Shown here: positions 11,155 through 20,601 of the stretch, piece after piece
Numbering within the stretch: position 1 is the stretch's first letter
Layout of the letters: every line of letters starts with the position of its first letter
Origin: an uncultured delta proteobacterium
GTDB taxonomy: Bacteria > Desulfobacterota > Binatia > UBA9968
Reading direction: 5' to 3'
Assembly: GCA_963840855.1 (NCBI GenBank)
Contig: CAWJBB010000065.1
Location: 75,856 to 139,855 of the forward strand
DNA length: 64,000 nt
Made by a program: the position numbers and the translations under genes
Notes under the pieces: model-generated
Databases searched by the model: none
Told to the model about the DNA's origin: nothing
Seen by the model: the letters and a program-made list of their open reading frames with translations, nothing else

Positions 11155-11511
11155 GCTCCAATCCTTCCCCCCAGCGCTGGCGGAAGATTTCCAGTCGCTG
11201 GTTCGACTTGCTGCTACGATCTCGGCGGCCTAAACAACGAAACTCAGGGCACAGTTGGGCGCAGCTTCCGACGTTGCGCTTGACGCCCCGGGTGGTGGTC
11301 ACCACCAACAGAAGCGACGGTTACGATCTAACTTTTAGGGAAAATGGAAAGGGAAAACAAGGACAATATCGTTAATTTTTAAACAACAGGGATGAGAATG
11401 ATCGCGAGATGGTGATAACGTTCTCCAGCATTAGACCGGCCCGATGCCAGAACCGCCTCGGGCCGAAAGATCGTAGCGTAATCCCCGAGCCCTGGTTTGA
11501 GGAGCCCCAGT

Positions 11512-11850
11512 TTACTTCTCGCTGGCTCTCTTTGCCCTCCAGTAAGCCTTCAACTTGGCCGATAACTTCGCTTTGGTTGCCCTACTCATCGCCTTCTTCT
11601 TTGCGGTCGCAGCAGGTTTAACTGAAAGCGTCGCTGGATTAGCTCGGCGAAGGCTCGACCATCTTGCTCTTTGAGCAGTGGCAATCTTCTTTTTCACCGC
11701 AGCGCTCATGCCCCGCTTTTTCTTTGACACAGCGCCAGATTTGGCTGACGCACCGAGAATCCTGCCGAGCTCTTTGTTCAGAGCCTCGACTTGTTGCTTA
11801 ATCGCGGCAGCCCGTTTGAGTTGGTTAATTGTCAGGTCTAGTGGATTCAT
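11512..11850 (-). CDS. Small Lys/Ala-rich basic protein, probable nucleic-acid binding
   Basis: N-terminal coiled coil plus two repeats of KKxxMSxAxKxKxxxxxxAxW; start at MNPLDL inferred. Confidence 0.55.
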   Translation of the reverse strand: MNPLDLTINQLKRAAAIKQQVEALNKELGRILGASAKSGAVSKKKRGMSAAVKKKIATAQRARWSSLRRANPATLSVKPAATAKKKAMSRATKAKLSAKLKAYWRAKRASEK

Positions 11851-11998
11851 GCGGTCATTCATTAGCATTCAACGCCAGTGAAAATCAAGCGCCCTGATGG
11901 AAATTACGTCCCGGCAGGATGGGACCTTCGGTTCTTGCTGGCATCTCGGGACTCATGACCTGTTTTTTCCTAATAAGACGGAATTGCGGTAAGGAACT

Positions 11999-12144
11999 CT
12001 TTTGATTCTCCTTCGCCGAATACCTCGCAGCTTGCTGCGAGGATGAAGGTGAGGAGAACCCTCCGTAGCCTTGGCGAAGGAGGGTTGAAGGGCTTCGAAG
12101 AATTTCGCAAAGATACCTCGGAGCTTTGCTCCGAGGAGCTTCAT
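11999..12144 (-). mobile_element. About 145 bp dispersed hairpin element, copy 1
   Basis: Near-identical to 29450-29593; contains hairpins CCTCGGAGCAAAGCTCCGAGG and CCTCGCAGCAAGCTGCGAGG. Confidence 0.7.
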
Positions 12145-12374
12145 TCTGCTGAAAACGGCCTATTCAAAAAACACGAGGAAAAATATTTCGCTCACAGACG
12201 CGATTTAACGCACGATCGGGGCTTGGTTAATGATCTACTCCAGACCGAATTTTCATGAATACGAAGCTTTTTCAGCCAAATCCATGCCATTGGCCGGATT
12301 CCGCTTTAGCTGCAGGCGAAGGTGGGCTCTTTGTCGGGTAAACGTGTCTACTGCTGACCATTGATGACGCGATG

Positions 12375-13757
12375 TTACGCGACCAGAATAATCCGCAGAT
12401 CCATCACGTTGGTGAAAGTCGGGCCGGTGATTAACAAGTTCCCGAGGCGCTGAAAGAAATGGTACGAGTCGTTATTGTCGAGAAACACATTGGCGTCGAG
12501 TCCCAGCTCTTTCGCCCGCGCCAGCGTCGTGCCATCCGCCAACGCGCCGGCGGCATCCGTCGGGCCGTCGCTTCCGTCCGTGCCGCCGCTGAGAATCACG
12601 ACGCTATCGAGGCCGGCAATCGCGCCGGCCGCCGCAAGCGCGAATTCTTGATTGCGGCCGCCCAACCCAGAGCCGCGAACGGTCACGGTGGTTTCGCCGC
12701 CGGAAATCACACAGGCAGGTCGAGGAATGGGATTGCCCGTTGCGACGATCTCCTTGGCGATGGCGCCGTGAAGCGCCGCCACGATCCTGGTTTCCCCTTC
12801 GATACAACTTGACAGCTGCAAACATTTGTAACCCAACTCTTCAGCCCTTCGTTGCGCGGCTGCCAAGGCCAGACGGTTGCTGCCGACAATTACATTCTGG
12901 ACATTTTGAAAGACAAGGTCACCGGGTTTCGGAGTGTCCTCGACAAGACCGTTAGTGCCCCGCCGCAAGAATTGCAAAACCGCCGGCGGAATTCTTTCTT
13001 CAATTCCGTATCGGCGAATGAGGCCCAAGCAATCCGCAAAAGTCGTCGAATCCGGGGCGGTAGGACCGGACGCGATGCTGTCGAGAGAGTCGCCGATCAC
13101 GTCGGAAAGAATCAGCGCAATCACCGTTGCCGGGAAAGCCAACCTGGCCAGCCGACCGCCCTTTACTTTTGAAATATGTTTCCTGATCGCGTTGATCTCC
13201 TGAATCGTGGCGCCGCAATCGAGCAGGACTTGCGTGGTTTGTTGTTTATCGCCCAGCATGATCCCGTCGGCTGGACAGGGAAGTAACGCCGAGCCGCCGC
13301 CGGAAATCACACAAAAAATAACGTCGCGCTCCCCCGCCTGCTGCGCCAACTCAATAATCTCGCGTGCCCCGCGGTGGCCCGCGTCGTCTGGCAAGGGATG
13401 GCCCGCCTCGTTTACTTTCACCGCGCGCAAGGGCACGGCGTGGCCGTACTTGACGTTTACGACTCCCGCCGCAACTCTATTTCCCAATAGGTCTTCCAAC
13501 GCCTGAGCCATACGCGCCGATGCTTTGCCGGCGCCGACGATCAGCACGCGCTGATAATTGTTGAGATCGTAGACCATCTGCGCCCCTATCTTTGTCCTCT
13601 CCCCTGTTGCGGCGGAGAGGTAGGAGGACGGCGAGAGGAATAGGACGCCATTATCGATGCTCGTGTGGCGCTCGATTGCGCGATAAGGATCGGCGGCCGC
13701 GAGTCCAGCGTCGAAGATCGCTCTGGCATCCTGCCTCATCTGTGCGAGCGGACGCAT
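12375..13757 (-). CDS. Glycerate 2-kinase/hydroxypyruvate reductase (MOFRL family)
   Basis: GAGKAS, ISGGGSAL, IASGPT, GGETTV, GGRNQE, GTDGSDGPTDAAGA, TGPTFTNVMD. Confidence 0.93.
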   Translation of the reverse strand: MRPLAQMRQDARAIFDAGLAAADPYRAIERHTSIDNGVLFLSPSSYLSAATGERTKIGAQMVYDLNNYQRVLIVGAGKASARMAQALEDLLGNRVAAGVVNVKYGHAVPLRAVKVNEAGHPLPDDAGHRGAREIIELAQQAGERDVIFCVISGGGSALLPCPADGIMLGDKQQTTQVLLDCGATIQEINAIRKHISKVKGGRLARLAFPATVIALILSDVIGDSLDSIASGPTAPDSTTFADCLGLIRRYGIEERIPPAVLQFLRRGTNGLVEDTPKPGDLVFQNVQNVIVGSNRLALAAAQRRAEELGYKCLQLSSCIEGETRIVAALHGAIAKEIVATGNPIPRPACVISGGETTVTVRGSGLGGRNQEFALAAAGAIAGLDSVVILSGGTDGSDGPTDAAGALADGTTLARAKELGLDANVFLDNNDSYHFFQRLGNLLITGPTFTNVMDLRIILVA

Positions 13758-13958
13758 GTCGTTAGCCTAACCCCGAGTGACCCTTAAGTTCAACGTTCAA
13801 TGTTCAAAGTTCAAGGTGGAGACGGGTCGTTAAACCTTGAACCTGAAACTTGAACCGCGCCGAAGGCGCCACGTTGGACTTTGAACCTGCGGTCTAGAAA
13901 ACTACCGACTCCAGATCGGAAGCAGTGACGGAAAGTAAATGCCGATGAAGAGGAAACT

Positions 13959-14336
13959 TTAGAAAAGCTTAAAGCCGCCGAAGCCATACTCACCGATAAG
14001 CTTGCCAGAGGAGGAGTCAAAAATATCGATGAGCATGTTCTTGTCTGGATGGCCGGCGAGAAAACGCGAGAAAACTTCTATGAAGTTTTCTTTTTCTTGA
14101 TAATCCGCGCTCCGAAATCCTTCACCGATGTAGAGCCGGTGCGGCCGCTTTGTGCTATCGAGCCGCACCCATAGGCGGGTACCGTTTGACCCGGCCCGGT
14201 CGAGCCAATTGCGGTACTCCAGCAGCCGCGCGTCAATTTCTTTGAAGCTAAGATTTTGCGCGAAGGATAGGGTGGAAAAAAGTAATGCGGACGCCAATAG
14301 AATGGTTTTCATTCCAATTGACGTCCGCATTTTCAT
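13959..14336 (-). CDS. Exported hypothetical protein
   Basis: Signal-peptide-like N-terminus; 15 bp downstream of the OmpA gene on the same strand. Confidence 0.6.
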   Translation of the reverse strand: MKMRTSIGMKTILLASALLFSTLSFAQNLSFKEIDARLLEYRNWLDRAGSNGTRLWVRLDSTKRPHRLYIGEGFRSADYQEKENFIEVFSRFLAGHPDKNMLIDIFDSSSGKLIGEYGFGGFKLF

Positions 14337-14351
14337 GGTGGCGCTTATAGC

Positions 14352-15068
14352 TTAGTCGACCTTGATTTCAACCCGGCGGTTCTTCGCCCGGCCTTCTTTA
14401 GTCTTGTTGTCGGCAATGGGCTTAGATTCGCCGAATCCCTGACCGGAGATGCTGCCACTAGCTACGCCCTTCTTAACCACATAGTCTCTGACCGAATTCA
14501 CGCGCCGCTCCGACAGCTTCTGGTTGTAAGCATCCGAGCCGACATTATCGGTGTGCCCGGAAAGTGCCGCCTTCTTGTCTTTGTTCTCATTCAGGAAGGC
14601 AACCAAGCGATCTAAAATTGCCGCGGCTTCCGGCTTCACGTTGCTCCTGTCGAAATCAAAGAGCACGTCATCGAGGATTATCGTCCGCTCGACCTTCGGA
14701 GCCGGTTTCGGCGCCGGTGGTGGAGGAGGCGGTGGTGGCGGTGGCGGTGGCGGTGCCGGCGGTGGTGGTGGCGGCGGTGGAGGTGGAGGAGGTGGTGGTG
14801 GTGGCGGTGGCGGTTTTGGGTCTTCCGTCAATAGCCACGCAAGCCCGCCGCAGACCAAAGCGCCGGTAACTGCGCCGATCGCGGCTGAGGCCGCAATCGT
14901 CTTCCCGCCCTGATCCTGATTGTAACGCGTGGCGGCGCCACCCAGTCCCCCTATCGTTGCGCAAGTTGCGGCGCCGACCAGTGCCGCCTCGTTTTTCCTC
15001 ATTACGCCCGTGCAGCTCGATAAGAATAACCCCGCCGCACTAAGAACAAGCAATTTGTTTTTTAGCAT
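14352..15068 (-). CDS. OmpA-family lipoprotein with glycine zipper and polyproline linker
   Basis: LSSC lipobox; long Pro run; GHTD..YNQKLSERR..GFGESKP..NRRVEI. Confidence 0.92.
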   Translation of the reverse strand: MLKNKLLVLSAAGLFLSSCTGVMRKNEAALVGAATCATIGGLGGAATRYNQDQGGKTIAASAAIGAVTGALVCGGLAWLLTEDPKPPPPPPPPPPPPPPPPPPPAPPPPPPPPPPPPPAPKPAPKVERTIILDDVLFDFDRSNVKPEAAAILDRLVAFLNENKDKKAALSGHTDNVGSDAYNQKLSERRVNSVRDYVVKKGVASGSISGQGFGESKPIADNKTKEGRAKNRRVEIKVD

Positions 15069-15357
15069 CTCGGCCCCCCCTTTGTCCTGGCTCGAAATTT
15101 TGCCTAAAGTAATTTAAGTAAGAATTGTTGTCAAGTGAAAAATTGTTATTTTCATAATTTCTTTAGATAGCCAAATTGCGTCCAAAAGTGCCCAAAAGCG
15201 GTCAAAAGTCATATCTTCGTGCAACTATCGTCTAGGGTGTACGCCAGAGGCTCCACGCCGGTTATGCCGAGCAGACTGGCCGCGCCGCGCACCGCATCAG
15301 GTGTTACCGCACGAATCCCAACTGCTGGCCGATGCCGATTGGCGAACTCACCCAGCC

Positions 15358-15556
15358 CTAGAGGGGGCAGGGCGTTGCTTTGAGCGCAATATTTGAAAAA
15401 CAGTGCGGGCAGTCTTTGGTCGCGGCGCCGGCCTCGCCGTGGGCTTCTGCATTCGGTTGATTTGCTTGATCAACAAAAAATCGCAAACGCAATGAGGGTG
15501 GCCGCGCCGGCCGCTTTTGCCGCGGCCACCTGGGGTAGTCCTCCATCTTTGAGCAT
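15358..15556 (-). pseudogene. mscL: Degraded mscL remnant
   Basis: Fragments AAAKAAGAATL, IAFAIF..LIKQINRMQK and TKDCPHCFSNIALKA resemble C-terminally extended MscL; N-terminal helices missing and frame broken. Confidence 0.5.
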
Positions 15557-15762
15557 AAATGGCCGTCTCCTTGATCGTGAATTTCCGTCTGATTTCACGT
15601 GCTTGCGACTGCCGGTTCGCCGAACCCAGGGGTGATTTATATGGCCGCCGAGAACGAAAAGTCTAAACCAATTGCCACGCTACGGATGCCGATAACCCAA
15701 ACTCGTGGCGCGCAACTATGCCGCTGATTGCTCGTCCAAGCTTCAGCAGGTATCGTTGAACT

Positions 15763-18684
15763 ATGACGGCTTTGAAGCCTGCGGCGTTCAGAGCGACGGT
15801 TTGCATTCTCGCCATCTTGCTTTTCACTTACATTGCGCTTCTGGCAACCGTTAATTCTGCGCGCTTCCAGGAATGGCTTAAGATCGAGCTGGCGGAACGG
15901 ACCGGTTATGAGGTCGCCGCCGGGCAGTTATGGCTAGATCCGCTGCTACGGCTGACCTTAACCGCGGTGACGGCTTCAAAAGCCTCTAGACCGGTTCTGC
16001 AGGCCCACCGAATTAGCGTGACGCTTAGCCCTATGACCCTGTTTTCGAAAAGCATCCATCGTCTGCGCCTCGAAAAGCCGACTCTAATCCTGGATCTCGA
16101 TGAACTGACGCAGGCGACCAAAGAACCGCCCTTGGACATCAGCATTCGGCATCTGAATATCGAAGACGGCGTGCTCGTCTTTAGACTAGACAGCGGTAAT
16201 TCCGTCGATTTCCGATCTTTGGCCATGAATGCGGAGAATGTAAATCTCGGCCAGGCAAGCGGCTTAAATTTGCGCGCGGATGTCCCGTGGCTCCAGGGCG
16301 TTGCCGAGGTCGTGATCACAGGCGATGGAATGGAGAAACTAGCTACGGTCCGCGTCGAGCAGCCGCCGAGCAAAGCCTTAAGGAATTACGTACAGCCCAA
16401 GCAGCGCGCGCCCGACGCGCTCGAGGCCGAGATCAAGTTCAGCAAAAAAGACGACGAATCTCTGCGCATCGGCGCCACCGGCAAGTCAAACGGGATGATG
16501 ATGGAAGGCGAAAAATTCAGCGGCCATTTCGACCTGCGCGCCGACCTTGGCGCAGATCGCAAGGAGGCCGATGTCGATGCCAAAATCGTCGCAACGGAAC
16601 TGCCTCCACAAATGCGTTTTTTACCCATCGCCCTGCCCAAAGGAATAACCACGCTCGTTCTCGAAGGGAATTTCGTGACGGCTGATAAGAAGTTGGAACT
16701 GCGATCCTTTAGCTTGCAGTCCCCCCTTGGCGATGTCAGCGGAACGGGGCAAGTTGAATTCATCCCGGAGGTCACTTTCTCCAAGACCAAAGTAAGTCTC
16801 CGCAAGGTTCCGCTCGAGGCGTTAAAGTCTTTGCTTCCCAGCCCGGCAAACGTGCTCGCTTCCGATGGGCTTCTCGACGCTGACCTGGAGCTTCGCGGCG
16901 CTTGGCGCTCCGTGGCGATCCTGGGCACTGTCCAAGGTTCGGGCATGCAACTTCGAAGCGAGCAGTTCTCTCTGGCGACGCTCAGTTTCAAAGCGCCGGT
17001 GCAATGGGTTAACTCTTCATTTCGTGCCGCCGATGTGCAGATTTCAGGGCAAAAACTGCGGGTCCGGCAAAAAAGTCAGACGCCTATTGCGGCTGAAGAG
17101 CTGCGCATCAATGGAACATGGGAAGCCAATGTCCGCGAATCCATGAAGGCCGCCGGCCAGATCCGGATCAATCAAGGTCGATTCGCGTCGCTAGATGGCA
17201 CCCGTGTGGGCGAAAACCTGACCCTCGCCGGTCGCTTCGAAATATCAAGCCACCAGGACACAAAAGAAACTTCCATAACCGGCAAACTGGATATCGAACA
17301 GGGAGAAATGCTCTGGGGAAAATTCTATGGCGATTTGAAATCGCAGCGCCCCTCGTTGCAAATCGATGGCGACTACGTTCCCGGCGCGGACGTTCTCAGA
17401 ATGCGTCAGTTGAATCTTGCCTTGGCAACTGTCGGCAGGGTCGTCGCTCGGGGTGACATTGAACAAGCCTCGCAGATCCCGGTCCTGCGCCTCGAAATTA
17501 AAAGCGCCGACATTCAGCCTGCGGGATTTTTCGAGTTCTTCATTCGGCACACACTGAACAGGAGCTTTCCGGTACTGGATCAGCTAGCGGTTGGAGGTCG
17601 GCTGGGTTTCGCGGTGAAAACGCAGGGCACCCTTGATAATCTATCCGTCGAAGGCGCTATTCAATTGCGCGGCGGTGAGGTTCAAAACAAGTCTAAAAAT
17701 TGGCAGGTCGGACCGTTACAGCTCGAACTGCCGTTCCGCATTCAGTACCCGGCAGCGGGCTTGTCTCCAACGCCGTCGAATATACCCACGGGCACTCTGA
17801 CCATCGAGTCGGCCCGTTTTGGGGCCGAGGCGATGCCGGCCACAAAGACGGCGGTATCTTTGTGGAACAATGCTCTGCGGTTTCGCCAGCCGATTCGTTT
17901 GCCGATCTATGGCGGCATCTTGGAAATTTCCGACCTGGCATTCAGGGATCTTATAGAAGATCCCCAGGCGGTCTCGCTTTCGCTGGAGACGAAGAATCTG
18001 CAATTGCAGAGACTCACGGAAGCGTTGGGCTGGTATCGGTTCGGCGGCACGCTGTCCGGCTCTATACCCAAGATCGAATGGGCCGGCGGTTCTTTGCGCA
18101 GCCAAGGTCAGATTCAAGTGGACGTATTTGGTGGACGCGTGCAGATCAGCAAGCTGGAGGTGGAGAGCCCATTTTCTTCTGTTCCGTCGGTCAAGTTGGA
18201 TGCGCTGTTCCGCGATATCGATCTGGAGCAAGCTTCTGAGACTTTTGCATTCGGACGGATCTCGGGCACTCTGGAGGGGACACTCAATGAACTTGTGATG
18301 ACAGCTGGACAACCGTCGCAATTTCGCGCAGACGTTCGCAGCACAGAAAAGCCCGGCGTCAGTCAACGCATCAGCGTCGACTCGTTGAACAAGATCACCG
18401 TGCTGAGCTCAGGCAACGATGCCGGAGCTCTCTATGGCGGGATCGCCGGTTTTTTCGATAGCTTTCGCTATAGCAAACTCGGCTTCAAGGCGACCCTGAA
18501 GAACGACAATCTCTCGCTGCGGGGCGTGGAGAGTCGTGGGGACAGCGAATATCTCGTCGTCGGCAGCCTGCTTCCGCCATCGGTCAACGTCGTCAGCCAC
18601 ACGCAAGCAATCGCCTTCACCGAGCTGCTGCTCCGACTGGAGCGCATACAAGAATCCAAACCGCTGGAGAAGTCAGCCAACTAG
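15763..18684 (+). CDS. AsmA-like/YdbH-like intermembrane lipid-transport protein
   Basis: N-terminal TM anchor, 973 aa beta-rich repeats, followed directly by a YnbE/YdbL-like gene. Confidence 0.7.
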   Translation: MTALKPAAFRATVCILAILLFTYIALLATVNSARFQEWLKIELAERTGYEVAAGQLWLDPLLRLTLTAVTASKASRPVLQAHRISVTLSPMTLFSKSIHRLRLEKPTLILDLDELTQATKEPPLDISIRHLNIEDGVLVFRLDSGNSVDFRSLAMNAENVNLGQASGLNLRADVPWLQGVAEVVITGDGMEKLATVRVEQPPSKALRNYVQPKQRAPDALEAEIKFSKKDDESLRIGATGKSNGMMMEGEKFSGHFDLRADLGADRKEADVDAKIVATELPPQMRFLPIALPKGITTLVLEGNFVTADKKLELRSFSLQSPLGDVSGTGQVEFIPEVTFSKTKVSLRKVPLEALKSLLPSPANVLASDGLLDADLELRGAWRSVAILGTVQGSGMQLRSEQFSLATLSFKAPVQWVNSSFRAADVQISGQKLRVRQKSQTPIAAEELRINGTWEANVRESMKAAGQIRINQGRFASLDGTRVGENLTLAGRFEISSHQDTKETSITGKLDIEQGEMLWGKFYGDLKSQRPSLQIDGDYVPGADVLRMRQLNLALATVGRVVARGDIEQASQIPVLRLEIKSADIQPAGFFEFFIRHTLNRSFPVLDQLAVGGRLGFAVKTQGTLDNLSVEGAIQLRGGEVQNKSKNWQVGPLQLELPFRIQYPAAGLSPTPSNIPTGTLTIESARFGAEAMPATKTAVSLWNNALRFRQPIRLPIYGGILEISDLAFRDLIEDPQAVSLSLETKNLQLQRLTEALGWYRFGGTLSGSIPKIEWAGGSLRSQGQIQVDVFGGRVQISKLEVESPFSSVPSVKLDALFRDIDLEQASETFAFGRISGTLEGTLNELVMTAGQPSQFRADVRSTEKPGVSQRISVDSLNKITVLSSGNDAGALYGGIAGFFDSFRYSKLGFKATLKNDNLSLRGVESRGDSEYLVVGSLLPPSVNVVSHTQAIAFTELLLRLERIQESKPLEKSAN

Positions 18685-19281
18685 ATGGGAGAAACCATGT
18701 TAAAGAGGAGCTGTTTTGTTGTCGTATTTCTGCTGAGTGCGTGCGTTACGGTAAACATTTACTTCCCCGCGGCGGCCGTTGAAAGAGCCGCGGATCAGAT
18801 CGTCAAGGAGACGTGGGGCAGCGGCCCCACAGAACCGGATAAAAAAGGGCAACCCCAAAGCAGGATTTTCAAGCCCGATGCGGCCACCGTGCTGTTTCAC
18901 TTTGTCAACGAAGCGCACGCGCAAGAAGCCGATATCAATGTTTCAAACCCGGCGATTCGCGCGTTAAAGGATTCGATCAAAAATCGCAGCGAATTGCTCA
19001 AACCGTACATGGATCGCGGCAATGTCGGGATTACGCGCGATGGACCGCTCGCGGTGCGCGCGACAGACGGTCTGAGTCTAAAGGAACGCGCCGAAGTCCA
19101 GCAGCTTGCAGATGCGGAAAATCGTGATCGCGAAGCGCTCTATCTCGAAATCGCCAAGGCCAATAACATTGCCAAGGAATCCGTGCCCAAGATCAAGGCG
19201 ATTTTCGCCAAAAGCTGGGTCGAACAGGCAAGACCGGGCTGGTGGATCCAAGACGCGCAGGGAAACTGGAGAAGAAAATAG
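18685..19281 (+). CDS. Lipoprotein with YdbL/DUF1318-like domain
   Basis: LSAC lipobox + VTVNIYFPAA; ENRDREALYLEIAKAN..GWWIQDAQGNW. Confidence 0.75.
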   Translation: MGETMLKRSCFVVVFLLSACVTVNIYFPAAAVERAADQIVKETWGSGPTEPDKKGQPQSRIFKPDAATVLFHFVNEAHAQEADINVSNPAIRALKDSIKNRSELLKPYMDRGNVGITRDGPLAVRATDGLSLKERAEVQQLADAENRDREALYLEIAKANNIAKESVPKIKAIFAKSWVEQARPGWWIQDAQGNWRRK

Positions 19282-19611
19282 TCGTATAATAGCGCGGACC
19301 CTGCAGGTTGCGCGTTGTCATTTCGAACGAAGAAAGAAAACTTTCTCTAGCGAATTGCCAACCTCTCAAGACAAGGGCGGGTTTGAAACCCGGATTCCGC
19401 AGTTAAAGCTAACGGCACGTGAGCGAGGCGCAAGCCTGGAGTAGCGAAGGCACTCAACTCCGAAATTTCAAAGTCCTTTTCGATGTTTCACACCGTTGTG
19501 ACTCTTGAATTTCTCATCAAAGCACCGCTGATCGATATCCTCTCAGAGGCATAGACCCATTGACTTCGCTACGGAGGGGTTGCGTCTCGCTCTTTGCGTC
19601 GATCGCGAACT

Positions 19612-20424
19612 CTACCCTTTCCCTAGTTCCCGCGATCGCTCGGTGGCGTTGACCACGGCTTTCATCACCGTGCCCCGAAAGCCGCCTTGTTCGAGGGCAT
19701 AGATGCCCGCGATGGTGGTGCCGCCCGGCGACGCTACTTCGTCTTTCAACTCACCGAGGTGCTTCGAGCTTTCGAGCGCCATGCGCGCAGCGCCGTAAAC
19801 CGTTTGCATCGCCAGCTTGAGCGCTACGTCGCGCGCCAACCCCGCCTGCACGCCACCGTCGGCCAAGGCTTCCATAAAAAGAAAAACATAAGCCGGCCCA
19901 CTGCCGCTCAGGCCGGTCACGGCATCCAAGTATCTCTCCTCCACCAGCATGGCGACGCCGAAACTGTTGAGAATCGAACCGACATGCTCAAGGTCTTGAG
20001 CCGTGGCGTGCGCCCCGCCGGCGTAACCGGCCGCTCCGGCACCTACGACGCAAGGGATATTAGGCATGACGCGCACGACCCGGGCCTCCGGCGCGAGATT
20101 CGCTTCGAGCCGGGATAGCGGAACGCCCGCCGCCACCGAGACCAGGAGTTTCGACGAGCCAAGTTTTTTGGCGATCTCTCTGGCCACGCCGTCAACGATT
20201 TGCGGCTTGACCGCGAGGATCGCGATATCGGCGAAGTCACAAAGCGCGCCGTTGTCGGGCGTCACTTCGACGCCAAGCTCATTGGCGATGGCCTGACGCA
20301 GCTCGGCGCTTACGTCACTCGCCATCACCTGCTCTTTGCGCGCCAGCCCTGCGCGAATAACCCCGCGGGCGATTGCGGCGCCGATTTTCCCGGCGCCGAT
20401 GACGCCGATTTTCGCGGTTAACAT
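19612..20424 (-). CDS. proC: Pyrroline-5-carboxylate reductase
   Basis: IGAGKIG, AVKPQ, RVMPN, GLSGSGPAY, VASPGGTT. Confidence 0.97.
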   Translation of the reverse strand: MLTAKIGVIGAGKIGAAIARGVIRAGLARKEQVMASDVSAELRQAIANELGVEVTPDNGALCDFADIAILAVKPQIVDGVAREIAKKLGSSKLLVSVAAGVPLSRLEANLAPEARVVRVMPNIPCVVGAGAAGYAGGAHATAQDLEHVGSILNSFGVAMLVEERYLDAVTGLSGSGPAYVFLFMEALADGGVQAGLARDVALKLAMQTVYGAARMALESSKHLGELKDEVASPGGTTIAGIYALEQGGFRGTVMKAVVNATERSRELGKG

Positions 20425-20601
20425 CTCGGACCTCCCCTTTCTATGGGTTCAATGGCTTCGCCTGTTCAACGTTCAATGTGGCGACTTGGGCGCGGTTCAA
20501 GGTTCCGGGTTCAAGGTTCAACGACCCATCCCAACCTTGAACTTTGAACATTGAACGTTGAACAGGCGAAGCCATTGAACTTTGAACCGCGCATCGCCAG
20601 A

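Noticed and set aside
11953-12144. Repeated small protein MKLLGAKLRGIF (also 29450-29671)
   Set aside because: Translation of a dispersed hairpin DNA element; the two ORFs diverge as soon as the repeat ends.
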